From: an uncultured Rickettsiales bacterium
GTDB taxonomy: Bacteria > Pseudomonadota > Alphaproteobacteria > Rickettsiales > UBA1997
Assembly: GCA_934747265.1 (NCBI GenBank)
Contig: CAKVGI010000002.1
Coordinates: 34,282 to 98,281, forward strand
Length of the DNA stretch: 64,000 nucleotides
Direction: 5' to 3'
The notes under the pieces were generated by a model. The model had not been told where the DNA came from. It searched no databases and saw only the letters and a list, made by a program, of their open reading frames with translations. Position 1 is the first letter of the stretch. Every line of letters begins with the position of its first letter. Below, piece by piece: positions 1 through 10,940 of the stretch. The position numbers were made by a program, and so were the translations under genes.

Positions 1-1
1 A

Positions 2-1063
2 GTTGGCAATCCTCCGTACGTTAGAGTTCATAATCTTGATACTTTAACTAGAAATTTTTTAAAGAGTAATTATTCTTTCTGCTGTGAAGGTTCTACGGAT
101 CTATATTATGCTTTTTATGAAAAAGCAATAATTGATATAAAAAACAATGGAAAAATAGCTTTTATTACTCCCAATTCTTTTATGAAAAATGCCTCTGGAA
201 AAACTATGAGAAATTATATTTTAGGCAATAATTTATTAAATAAATTGATAAATTTTCAAGAATTCCAAGTTTTTAATACAGCAACTGTATATAGTGCAAT
301 AATGATTTTGTCAAAAAATAATGATAGTTTTGAGTATTGTAATTTTATTAATAACAAAATTGAACTTATAAAAAAAATTAATTATAATGATGTTAGCACT
401 ACAGAGTGGAATTTTTCAAATAATCAAAAAATAAATTTTTTAAAAAAGGCAGACAACAATATTAAAGTTCAAAATGGATTTGCAACGCTTTGTGATAAAT
501 TGTACATTACAGATAAAATAGAAGAGATAGATAATAAATATATTTTGTTTAATGGCGAAAAAATTGAAAAAAGCATAACAAAGCCAATAGTAAAAGCAAA
601 TAGATACAATGGGGAAGAGATAAAAACTAGAATTATTTTTCCCTATGAAAATTTAAATTCAAAAAATTATGAAGTGATAGCAAGCAAACAAATGATAAAA
701 AAATTCCCATTTTGTTATGAATATTTTTTAAAAAACAAAGAATTATTTTTAAATAGAGATTTGGATAAAAATTGGAAAGAGTGGTATCAATTTGGTAGAA
801 GTCAATCTATCCAAAACATACATCAAAAAAAGATAGTAATAAACAATATTATAAAAGATAGCGTGAGATTTTTTGAATTGAATAGCGAAATTATGGTTTA
901 TTCTGGATTATATATTATTTCAAATAATATTGATTATATACGGGAAAGGTTAAGCAGCCAAGATTTTATTGATTACGTCAAGATTGTTGGTAAAGATATG
1001 CGTGGGGGCTATAAGAGTTTTACATCTAAAAATTTGTCTAATTTTTTAAATATGGAAATTTAA
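2..1063 (+). CDS. N6-adenine DNA methyltransferase, C-terminal part (5' end lies outside the window)
   Basis: The frame of ORF 182..1063 stays open back to nt 2. The first codons read VGNPPYVRVHNLD, which is the NPPY catalytic motif IV of amino-methyltransferases. A long TaqI/Eco57I-style C-terminal region follows. Confidence 0.75.
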   Translation, partial: VGNPPYVRVHNLDTLTRNFLKSNYSFCCEGSTDLYYAFYEKAIIDIKNNGKIAFITPNSFMKNASGKTMRNYILGNNLLNKLINFQEFQVFNTATVYSAIMILSKNNDSFEYCNFINNKIELIKKINYNDVSTTEWNFSNNQKINFLKKADNNIKVQNGFATLCDKLYITDKIEEIDNKYILFNGEKIEKSITKPIVKANRYNGEEIKTRIIFPYENLNSKNYEVIASKQMIKKFPFCYEYFLKNKELFLNRDLDKNWKEWYQFGRSQSIQNIHQKKIVINNIIKDSVRFFELNSEIMVYSGLYIISNNIDYIRERLSSQDFIDYVKIVGKDMRGGYKSFTSKNLSNFLNMEI

Positions 1064-1064
1064 T

Positions 1065-1829
1065 ATGAACGAAAATTTATTACAGGCAATAGATAAAAGT
1101 TATCAAAATTTTTTAAATCCAGAAAGTGATTATGGAGAGAGAAGCAATAAAAAAATAATTCCAATCCACTCATTTATTGCTAAAACATTATCAGAAAAAT
1201 TAGGAGAAGAGTTTAAGATAAATTCACTAGGATTTGGTAACAACAAAGAGAAAAAAGTAAACGGGCAATATTATGACAAGAATGTAGATATTTGTATTTC
1301 TTATAAAGATATAGATATATCTGGTATAAGTGTAAAATTCATAACTGGAAACTATAAACAAAATTCAAATAATTTTTTTGAAAATTTACTTGGTGAAACT
1401 GCAAATATAAGAAGAAAAAATTTTAAATATGCAAATTTTATGATTATGCCAGAATATTTGCCATATTGGACTAATTCGCCAACAAAACTCACAAAAATAG
1501 AAGAAATAGACGAAAATAATTTAAAAAAATATTTAAAATTATTTATTGATAATGAAAATTGTTTGTATCATAAACCAGATATGACATTTATAAAACTTAT
1601 AGATACAAATACTAGAAATATTTTGGAAAAAAATTTATACAAAAATATAAACAAACACGATTTCAAAGAAATTTTATTAAAAAATTATAAAATTTCATAT
1701 TCAGATTTAGAAAAAAATAAACTTTTTTCAAAAGAAATGAAAGATTTTTTGGAAAAAGTTGGAGATTTTGAAAAATTTATAGAAGCTTTTTGCAATCTGA
1801 CAAAAAGCTGCATTTATGGAATAAAATAA
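1065..1829 (+). CDS. hypothetical protein; candidate cognate type II restriction endonuclease
   Basis: Its ATG lies 1 nt after the methyltransferase stop, on the same strand. I recognise no family. There is a possible PD-(D/E)xK-like segment (DKNVDICISY...ISGISVKF). The assignment rests on position only. Confidence 0.35.
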   Translation: MNENLLQAIDKSYQNFLNPESDYGERSNKKIIPIHSFIAKTLSEKLGEEFKINSLGFGNNKEKKVNGQYYDKNVDICISYKDIDISGISVKFITGNYKQNSNNFFENLLGETANIRRKNFKYANFMIMPEYLPYWTNSPTKLTKIEEIDENNLKKYLKLFIDNENCLYHKPDMTFIKLIDTNTRNILEKNLYKNINKHDFKEILLKNYKISYSDLEKNKLFSKEMKDFLEKVGDFEKFIEAFCNLTKSCIYGIK

Positions 1830-1837
1830 AAATTATT

Positions 1838-2905
1838 ATGCAACCACTCATTGGACTAACACAACAAGAGATTTCAGATGAACTCCAAAAATTAGGAGTT
1901 GAGAAATATAGAGCCAAACAAATATGGACTTGGATTTATTTCCATGGAGTAAGAAACTTTGATGATATGAATAATATTTCAAAGGATTTAAGGAAAAAAT
2001 TGGCTGAAAATTTTAGCATTGCTAGACCAAAAATTGATACACATTTAATTTCAAAAGATGGAACACAAAAATGGCTTTTGGAGTTTAGGGATGGTGAAAA
2101 AGTTGAGATGGTTTACATACCAGCGGAAGATAGAGGTACTTTGTGTATTTCTTCGCAAATAGGTTGTGCTATGAATTGCAGATTTTGCAATACTGGTTAT
2201 CATGGTTTTGTAAGAAATATGACACCTGAAGAGATAGTAAGTGAAGTATTGATTGCGCGGGATGAATTAGGTGAGTGGAACAATTTAAATAGCAAAATTG
2301 GTGAGGGTAGATTAATTTCAAATATAGTCGTAATGGGCATGGGTGAACCACTTGTAAATTATGACAATATAGTAAAAGCTTTAAAAATTATAAACGATCC
2401 GGACGGAATAGCTTTTTCTAATAGAAGAATTACACTTTCAACCTGCGGACTTGTTCCACAAATAAAAAAGCTTGGTGATGATCTAAAAGTAAACCTTGCA
2501 ATATCCTTGCATGCTTCAACTGATGAAATTAGAAAACAAATAATGCCAATAGCTGAAAAATATACAATTAAAGAAATAATGGAAGCTTGCAGAGACTATG
2601 CTAAAAAAATAAACGATAGAAGAATTACATTTGAATATATAATGATTAAAGATTTAAACGATAGTGAAGATGATGCTTTAAGATTAATTAATTTGGTTAG
2701 AAAATACAAAGTTCCTGCAAAATTTAATTTAATTCCATTCAATCCTTGGAAAGGCTGTATTTTTAAAGAACCATCGGATCAAAAAACAATAGACAAATTC
2801 GCAAAAATCTTAACAGATGCAAGATTTCCAGCCCCAGTTAGAAAATCAAGGGGGCAAGATATTATGGCGGCATGTGGACAATTAAAAAGTAAAGATATTA
2901 ATTAA
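1838..2905 (+). CDS. rlmN: 23S rRNA/tRNA (adenine-C2)-methyltransferase RlmN (radical SAM)
   Basis: Radical-SAM CxxxCxxC motif (CAMNCRFCNTG), GMGEPL, and the C-terminal AACGQL motif. I moved the start to the in-frame ATG at 1838 (MQPLIGLTQQEI) because the ORF-track start at 1790 overlaps the upstream gene. Confidence 0.9.
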   Translation: MQPLIGLTQQEISDELQKLGVEKYRAKQIWTWIYFHGVRNFDDMNNISKDLRKKLAENFSIARPKIDTHLISKDGTQKWLLEFRDGEKVEMVYIPAEDRGTLCISSQIGCAMNCRFCNTGYHGFVRNMTPEEIVSEVLIARDELGEWNNLNSKIGEGRLISNIVVMGMGEPLVNYDNIVKALKIINDPDGIAFSNRRITLSTCGLVPQIKKLGDDLKVNLAISLHASTDEIRKQIMPIAEKYTIKEIMEACRDYAKKINDRRITFEYIMIKDLNDSEDDALRLINLVRKYKVPAKFNLIPFNPWKGCIFKEPSDQKTIDKFAKILTDARFPAPVRKSRGQDIMAACGQLKSKDIN

Positions 2906-3071
2906 AAAGGAGAAGTATTATGAATCAAGGACAATATACTGATTTAAAAGTTGATAATTTAATACGCTCTAAAATTATATAAGAAAGAGATTAAAAAAAT
3001 GCAGTTCCAACAATGGTTATTGGACATATATAATAATATAAAAGAAATTCTATTTAGTTATAGGATTTCTT

Positions 3072-4193
<1,122 letters not shown>

Positions 4194-4380
4194 TTACATA
4201 GTATAATATGGTAATTATTATATTATTATTTTCAAGGATATTTTTAATATATTATTTTCCACCACCAGCACTCATCAGAAATGCTATAAGTTCATGAAGT
4301 TTTTCAAAAAACAATCTTATAAAAGTACTAAATGTATTTAATAAAAAATCTATTATTTCTTTCATAATTTATTCCTTTTA

Positions 4381-5481
4381 TTAAACATTAAATCTAAAAT
4401 GAAAAATATCACCATCTTGAGCTACGTAATCTTTTCCTTCAATCCTTAATTTTCCAGCATTTTTACAACCATCTTCACCGTTATATTTTATATAATCATC
4501 ATATGCGATGGTTTCAGCTCTAATAAAGCCTCTTTCAAAGTCTGTATGAATTACACCAGCACATTGAGGTGCGCAACTTCCTTTTTTTACAGTCCAAGCT
4601 TTTGTTTCCATTTCTCCAGCGGTAAAGAAAGTTAATAATCCTAAAAAGTTGTAGGCTATTTTTATTATTTTGTCAAGTCCTGTTTCTTTTAGACCAAGAG
4701 CTTCTAAAAATTCTTGTTTTTCTTCTTTGCTTTCAAGTATAGCAATTTCTGACTCAACTTTAGCTGAAATAATTGTGGAAACACCGCCTTTTTGTTTCAC
4801 ATAATCTTCGACGGCTTTTGTATATTTATTTCCAGTTAAAATATCTTCTTCACTAACATTGCATACAAAAAATTCTGGCTTTGAAGTTAACAACTGCAAC
4901 ATTTTATACTGCTTTTCTTCATCTTTTGTTGGTTTGTATTCTCTAGCTGGTTTTCCATCTTGTAAAAGCGGAAGAACTTTTTTAATTAATTCAACTTGTT
5001 CTTTTAATTCTTTATCTCCACTTTTTGCCTTTTTTTCAAGATTTGGCAACCTTTTTTCAAGGCTTTCTAAATCTGCTAAAATTAATTCTGTTTCAATTAA
5101 TTCTAAATCTCTAACTGGATCAATCGTATTTTCAACGTGAGTAATATTTGGATCTTCAAAACATCTAACAACATTAACTATACAATCAACCTCCCTAATG
5201 TGTGATAAAAATTGATTTCCTAAACCTTCACCTTTGCTTGCACCCCTAACAAGTCCGGCTATATCACAAAATTCTATTTGTGTAGGAACTATTTGTTTTG
5301 ATTTTGCAATTTTCGCTAATTTTTCTAACCTTTCATCATTTACACAAACCCTACCAACATTTGGTTCTATTGTGCAAAATGGATAATTTTGTGCATCTGC
5401 TTTTGCTGTTTGAGTTAAAGCATTAAATAATGTTGATTTTCCAACATTTGGTAAACCTACTATACCACAAGTTAAAGACAT
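4381..5481 (-). CDS. ychF: ribosome-binding ATPase YchF
   Basis: N-terminal P-loop GIVGLPNVGKSTLFNALT and a C-terminal YchF/TGS-type domain (HTDFERGFIRAE). Confidence 0.9.
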   Translation of the reverse strand: MSLTCGIVGLPNVGKSTLFNALTQTAKADAQNYPFCTIEPNVGRVCVNDERLEKLAKIAKSKQIVPTQIEFCDIAGLVRGASKGEGLGNQFLSHIREVDCIVNVVRCFEDPNITHVENTIDPVRDLELIETELILADLESLEKRLPNLEKKAKSGDKELKEQVELIKKVLPLLQDGKPAREYKPTKDEEKQYKMLQLLTSKPEFFVCNVSEEDILTGNKYTKAVEDYVKQKGGVSTIISAKVESEIAILESKEEKQEFLEALGLKETGLDKIIKIAYNFLGLLTFFTAGEMETKAWTVKKGSCAPQCAGVIHTDFERGFIRAETIAYDDYIKYNGEDGCKNAGKLRIEGKDYVAQDGDIFHFRFNV

Positions 5482-5625
5482 ATTATATTAAATAATTACA
5501 TATTTTATTAATAATAGAAATATATCATACAAAAAATAATTTTCAATGTAAAATTTATTGATTTTATAAAAATAAATTATACTATATATCAGATGTTATT
5601 ATATATAAATAAGATAAATAATTAA

Positions 5626-6813
5626 ATGAATAAATTTAAACAAGAAATAAAAAAATTAATTATTTCTTTTTTATGTGTGCTATTTTGTATTTTTTTAGCT
5701 TTTGTTGGGGCAAATTATTATTTAGAATATCAAGCTCCAAGTAAAATAAATAAAATGATTGAAAAATTACAAATAGAGGAAGAAGGTAACGATTTAACAT
5801 TTATTCATGATAGTGATAATAATGATTTTGAAAATTATATTTTTCCAGGTATAATTACTTTGAATAGTTATTATATAAATGATTATGAGAAAATCTTATT
5901 ACAAAAAGTTAATCCATATGGGATATTATTGATAAAAGAGAATTTAAGAACAGAAGAACAATTTAAATATTTCCAAAAAGAAATAGAAACAATTTTAAAA
6001 AGAAAACCTGTATATTTTATAGATCAAGAGGGTGGAAATGTAATAAGAACCAATTATTTATATGTTAAAAAACGCTATAAAACGGCATTTTCATCAAGTT
6101 TAGAGAATACAAATGATTTAGAAAAATCAAAAGAAAAAGTATATAAAAATGCCAGTGTGATAGCAAAAGATTTAAAAAAGTTAGGTATAGATGTAAATTT
6201 AGCACCAGTTTTAGATACGCAGGGAAAAGATAATAATGTTTTAGGTTCTAGAATTTTTGATTTTAATCCGCAAAATGTAAAAATTTTATCAAATGAATTT
6301 ATTAGAGCACACAAAGACAATGATATTGAGGTATGCGCAAAGCATTTTATTGGAATTGGAAGATGTACCGTTGATACGCATGATAAAAAATGCATAATAA
6401 ATGCTTCTGTTGATGAATTAAAAAAATATGATTTAATACCTTTTTACAATTTGGAAAGAGTAAAATATGGAATGCTATCACATGCCATTTATGCATCAAT
6501 AGATCCAGAAAATCCAGCTCCATTTTCCAAAAAAGTTATAGATTTTATTAGAAACGAATTAAAATTTAAAGGTATTTTAATTACTGATGCTTTACATATG
6601 AAGGCGCTTGATGGACATGGAACATTACAGGAAAGAATATTAAAATCTTTTAATAGTGGTGTTGATTTAGTTTTAATAATGAATCTAGCAACCAATAAAC
6701 ATAGTTTACATACGCTTTTGGATACATTAATTCAAGTAAAAAAAGAGCTATTTATAAAAAACAAAAATAATAATAATTTAGTTGTTATAAATAAGAATTT
6801 ATATTTCAATTAA
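5626..6813 (+). CDS. nagZ: beta-N-acetylhexosaminidase, GH3 family (NagZ-like) with N-terminal membrane anchor
   Basis: GH3 N-domain motifs IDQEGGNVIR, DVNLAPVLD, KHFIGIGRCTVDTH and ITDALHMKA. An N-terminal hydrophobic helix is present. Confidence 0.7.
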   Translation: MNKFKQEIKKLIISFLCVLFCIFLAFVGANYYLEYQAPSKINKMIEKLQIEEEGNDLTFIHDSDNNDFENYIFPGIITLNSYYINDYEKILLQKVNPYGILLIKENLRTEEQFKYFQKEIETILKRKPVYFIDQEGGNVIRTNYLYVKKRYKTAFSSSLENTNDLEKSKEKVYKNASVIAKDLKKLGIDVNLAPVLDTQGKDNNVLGSRIFDFNPQNVKILSNEFIRAHKDNDIEVCAKHFIGIGRCTVDTHDKKCIINASVDELKKYDLIPFYNLERVKYGMLSHAIYASIDPENPAPFSKKVIDFIRNELKFKGILITDALHMKALDGHGTLQERILKSFNSGVDLVLIMNLATNKHSLHTLLDTLIQVKKELFIKNKNNNNLVVINKNLYFN

Positions 6814-7392
6814 TTCTAGTTCTTTTACATTTCCACTGTTAATTGAATTCATTGTTATTTCCATTACGTCATTATTAAATCTAACTGGAACATCAAATTC
6901 AAAATCTGCTTGAATTTTAGAATTATTTTTTGGTGCAGAATTGAAAGTAATTATTCCAGTAGTTAAATCAATATCAAAATTATTTGTCTCTACATTATCT
7001 ATAAAAATTTTTATTGTAGAAATGACTGGTTTTGTTATTTTTCTATAACATAAAATATTATCATTTATTTTATATGTTTTTATTAACTGAAATTTTTTAG
7101 TAGTACCGTCTCCAAGTCCAACATATTCCTTTTTTCCTTCATAATCACTCCAATCTTTAAATCTAAAACCATATGCGCACCCTTTAACATTTTTAAAAAA
7201 GTTTATTAGTTCCCCTAATTCTTTTTTAGTTTTTATTCCATTAATTATATTAAATTTCATTTTATTTGTATTCCAATTAATATTTCTTTGTTCACAACCA
7301 TTTTTTGATTGAACTATTGTTGTATTAAATTCTAATATTGTGGAAGAATTAAATGATATTGATTCTGGAAATCTTATTTCTAAAAATGACAT
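6799..7392 (-). CDS. DUF2460/TIGR02217-type protein (homolog of the gene-transfer-agent g12 N-terminal domain)
   Basis: The N-terminus (MSFLEIRFPESISF...EQRN..W......GCAYGFRFKDWSDY) matches the remembered GTA/phage family signature (MAFHEVRFP...GFR.KDW.DY). Its 3' end overlaps the nagZ 3' end by 15 nt, convergently. Confidence 0.6.
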   Translation of the reverse strand: MSFLEIRFPESISFNSSTILEFNTTIVQSKNGCEQRNINWNTNKMKFNIINGIKTKKELGELINFFKNVKGCAYGFRFKDWSDYEGKKEYVGLGDGTTKKFQLIKTYKINDNILCYRKITKPVISTIKIFIDNVETNNFDIDLTTGIITFNSAPKNNSKIQADFEFDVPVRFNNDVMEITMNSINSGNVKELELIEI

Positions 7393-7449
7393 AGTAAAAG
7401 TAATATTTTTTCAATATATTACTTTTACATATTAAAAACGGAAGTACAC

Positions 7450-8565
7450 TTACTTAATGCCTAATTGTTTTCTGTATAATCTTAAACTTTCATCGCTAAC
7501 TATTACAGGTTGTTCTTTATTTATTTTTTCTAAATCATTAATCGCACTTTTATCATTTAATGCTATTTTTGCCATAGCTCTTAAAAAATAGCTTTTATAT
7601 TTAATTAATGCTAAACTTCCAGTGGTATTATTGGATAAATCTTCAATTAACTCCAATGCTTTATTTGTATTATTTATTATTAATTGAGCTTTTGATTTTA
7701 AAGAAGAACTTGAATCATTATAGTATGCTGACGCAATTCCATAATAAGCATCATAATTATTTGAATCTTGTTTAATTATATCTCCATAGCAGGAAATTGA
7801 CTTTGCAAAGAAGTTCGTTTCTTTAAATACTAAGCATAAGCTTAACTTCAAATCTAAATTATTCGGATATTGTTTTAGCAACATTTCTATATTTCCTTTT
7901 GCTTTATCATATTTTCTATTTAGTATATCACTCTTTAGATTAGGCAAATATTCTCTAAAAAATATTTCTTCTTCTATACCTTTTTGAATTTTTGATACTT
8001 TTTCATATCCGACTATAATAAGAACTGGTGTATTATTTTGATATTGACCTAAATTCCAAAAATATATTTTGATAGTTTCGCCATTTTTTACATCGTTTTC
8101 CATTATATCCCCAAGAGCTTTTTGGGTTATTACATAATACGTTCTACCCTTTGAAGAAAATAGATAAGAAGTATATAAAGCATCAAAATTACCATCAGCT
8201 AATATACCTTGTGCCGTATTTTCATCCAAATAAGTTGTATCGCTATTGACCAATTTAAACCATTTTAATAGAAATATTTTATTAAAAGTATCCACATTTT
8301 TTTTGATACTTCTGAATTCTACAAAAGAAATATATTTCTCTGCTGGATTTAAATAAGTAGCTGTACTATTGCCAGTTATATCTATAATTTTATCATCGTA
8401 TTTACTCGTAATTAAATTTACCACATTAGAATTATAACTTGTAAGAAAATCATTAAAATTCACATAAGTATATTCGCTTGCATCAATATTTTCAGCAAAC
8501 GCATTGCTAAATATTAAAATATAAGTAAATAGACAAGCAAAGATAGATATAATTTTAGGCTTCAT
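7450..8565 (-). CDS. secreted hypothetical protein with C-terminal TPR-like repeats
   Basis: Signal-peptide-like N-terminus (MKPKIISIFACLFTYILIFSNAFA). The C-terminal third has TPR-like A/Y-rich helical repeats (YDAYYGIASAYY, ALELIE...). Confidence 0.4.
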   Translation of the reverse strand: MKPKIISIFACLFTYILIFSNAFAENIDASEYTYVNFNDFLTSYNSNVVNLITSKYDDKIIDITGNSTATYLNPAEKYISFVEFRSIKKNVDTFNKIFLLKWFKLVNSDTTYLDENTAQGILADGNFDALYTSYLFSSKGRTYYVITQKALGDIMENDVKNGETIKIYFWNLGQYQNNTPVLIIVGYEKVSKIQKGIEEEIFFREYLPNLKSDILNRKYDKAKGNIEMLLKQYPNNLDLKLSLCLVFKETNFFAKSISCYGDIIKQDSNNYDAYYGIASAYYNDSSSSLKSKAQLIINNTNKALELIEDLSNNTTGSLALIKYKSYFLRAMAKIALNDKSAINDLEKINKEQPVIVSDESLRLYRKQLGIK

Positions 8566-8652
8566 ATTGCTAAAATTTGTTATAACTAAATATTAAATAC
8601 AACAAAGTTTCTTATTTTCAAGTTAAAATTGTATATTTATATTTTGTAAAAT

Positions 8653-10116
8653 TTAATCCTCCTCAAATTCTATCGCTAATTCTCCCTTTGCTTTTCCTTT
8701 TTCTGCAATATTTATAATTTTTTTAGATGTTGATAAAATATTTGCATTTCCTGTGCTAATATAAGCTTTTGCGGAATCATAGGCATTTTTAGCCTTATCT
8801 ATACTATCGCCAATAATTTTCATTTCTTTTGAGAATTTTTCAACTTTGGTATACATTTTTTTAGATAATTCAACTATTTCTGTAATATTTTTATTCTGAT
8901 TTTCGATGTTCCATAAATGATTTACCATTCTTAGAACTGGCATAAATGACGATGTTGTAACAATTGCAACTTTATTTTTTGATGCAATTTCAAATATTGT
9001 TTTATCATATTTTATTATATCAATATAAGCCCCTTCAACCGCAACAAACATAAATACAAAGTCTGGTGTATCTTTTGAATAATTTTTATTGTATTCTTTA
9101 TAAACGTTTTGATATTCTTTTGTTCCAAGCTCTTTGATGTGATTTTTAATATCATCACAGTAAGCTTTTAAAAATTTATCTTTTTCTGTTTGATTGTTTG
9201 AATTAATATAATTTTCATAGTTTGTCATTGATACTTTTGAGTCAACAATTAAAACCCTGTCTTCTGGTAATTTTATTAAAAAATCTAAGAAAAAGTCTTT
9301 ACCATCGGAATTTTTAACATTATATTGTTTAAAAAAACTTATGTTTTCCTCCAAGCCTGACATTTCAAGTAAATTTTGTAATTGAAGTTCACCCCAATTA
9401 CCTTGTGCTTTTTTATCACCCTTTAAAGCAGTAGCTAAATTGTCGGCTTTATTTCCAATATCTTTAGTTGTATCCATTAAGTCTTTTATATGTTGTTCTA
9501 TTTTTGCTGTATTTTCCTTATTTCCCTCTTGTGCTTGCTGTATTTTTTCTTTAAATTCCTTTATATCTTTATTTAAAGGTATAAGTAAATTACCAAGACT
9601 TTCATTCTGTTGTTTGCTGAAAGTTTCTTTTTGTTCTTTTATAATTTCGGAAGAAATTACTTTAAATTGATTTTTTATTTGTTCTTGTAATTGCATTAAA
9701 TTTTCAATATTTTTTTTCTTTTCTTCAAGTTCTACAAAATTTTTTTTGTTTTCTAATTCAACTTCTTTTAGCTTTTCTTCTAAATTCTTCTTTATTATGT
9801 TTTCCTCTTTTAACTTTTCATTTTCTCCACTTAAAAAACTATTTTGACTTTTTAAATTTATTATAGCTTGATTGTCGTTTTGAATAACTTTTTCTAAATC
9901 TGCAATTTTAATATCTCTTTCCTGAACTGTTTTGCTTAAAGATTCATATTCTCCTTGTAATTTGGCAAAACTCATTAACCATTTTTGTAGTTCAGCGTCT
10001 TTATTTTTATAAGCTTCTGACAACTCTGGATTTTGATTTGATATCTTTAATTGCCTGTATAGACCAAAACTCAAAAATAAACATAAAATACTTAAAATTA
10101 TTAAAATGGCCAACAT
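8653..10116 (-). CDS. rmuC: DNA recombination protein RmuC
   Basis: N-terminal TM helix, a long coiled coil, and then the RmuC nuclease-like core (QGNWGELQLQNLLEMSGL..., DFVFMFVAVEGAY). Confidence 0.8.
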   Translation of the reverse strand: MLAILIILSILCLFLSFGLYRQLKISNQNPELSEAYKNKDAELQKWLMSFAKLQGEYESLSKTVQERDIKIADLEKVIQNDNQAIINLKSQNSFLSGENEKLKEENIIKKNLEEKLKEVELENKKNFVELEEKKKNIENLMQLQEQIKNQFKVISSEIIKEQKETFSKQQNESLGNLLIPLNKDIKEFKEKIQQAQEGNKENTAKIEQHIKDLMDTTKDIGNKADNLATALKGDKKAQGNWGELQLQNLLEMSGLEENISFFKQYNVKNSDGKDFFLDFLIKLPEDRVLIVDSKVSMTNYENYINSNNQTEKDKFLKAYCDDIKNHIKELGTKEYQNVYKEYNKNYSKDTPDFVFMFVAVEGAYIDIIKYDKTIFEIASKNKVAIVTTSSFMPVLRMVNHLWNIENQNKNITEIVELSKKMYTKVEKFSKEMKIIGDSIDKAKNAYDSAKAYISTGNANILSTSKKIINIAEKGKAKGELAIEFEED

Positions 10117-10235
10117 ATCATATAATTTAATTAATTAAATATATATTATAATATTTATTTTTAAATACAATTAAAATAGCTTGACTTTATAAAAAAAAAT
10201 TGTATCATAACAGTGGTTAATATTTAGTTTAAAAA

Positions 10236-10925
10236 ATGTCAGAAAAAAAACTTGTTATAAAAAACATCTTTTGGGATGTTGATGGTGTTTTAGCTAGTTT
10301 AAATCACGCTTATTACTGTTTTATTAAAAATCATCCAAAGTTTAAGGAATATTTTAAAGATTACGAATATAAGGATTTGCCAAAAGCTTTACCAATTGAT
10401 ACTGTTAAATTTGGTGCAATGGAATTAAAGACACACCCAACCTTGGGAACAGAATTAGATAAAGAATTTTGTGCAAGTGAAGATTATTATTTTGATAGAC
10501 CATTATATCCTGGAACTGCAAAAATTTTAAAAGAATTGAATGATATGGGTTATTTGCAAATGACTATGTCAGCTGGTTTTAATATGGAAAAAAAGAAAAA
10601 ATTATTAAAAAGAGTTTTAGGTGATTTAACTGATTTCTTGAAAGTTGAAGTTGTAGAACATGATAAAGCTGGTATGGAACAAGGAAGTACAAAAGAGGCT
10701 AAAATGTTAGCTGTTCTTAAAAAACTTGGTGCAAAGCCAGAAGAAACAGTTTTAGTTGATGATAGAATTTATAATATTTATTCAGCTATCAAAGCAGGTG
10801 TTCATCCAGTAAGATTTAGAAGTGAATTTACAACAGATTCACCAGCAGATTTAAAGGATGTTCCAGAAGTTGACAATATTTACCAATTTAAGGATTGGTT
10901 GTTAAATAATACCACAATGAATTAA
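10236..10925 (+). CDS. HAD-superfamily hydrolase
   Basis: HAD motif I DVDGVLA and a late VDDR motif. Specificity is unknown. Confidence 0.55.
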   Translation: MSEKKLVIKNIFWDVDGVLASLNHAYYCFIKNHPKFKEYFKDYEYKDLPKALPIDTVKFGAMELKTHPTLGTELDKEFCASEDYYFDRPLYPGTAKILKELNDMGYLQMTMSAGFNMEKKKKLLKRVLGDLTDFLKVEVVEHDKAGMEQGSTKEAKMLAVLKKLGAKPEETVLVDDRIYNIYSAIKAGVHPVRFRSEFTTDSPADLKDVPEVDNIYQFKDWLLNNTTMN

Positions 10926-10940
10926 TCTGTATTGTAAATC

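Noticed and set aside
4252-4365. A 37-codon minus-strand ORF (MKEIIDFLLNTFSTFIRLFFEKLHELIAFLMSAGGGK) with an AAGGA SD just downstream of ychF. A second one of 19 codons lies on the + strand at 2920-2979 (MNQGQYTDLKVDNLIRSKII), with an AGGAG SD after rlmN.
   Set aside because: Both are too short to support from sequence alone in AT-rich DNA. They are worth checking only with ribosome profiling or conservation data.
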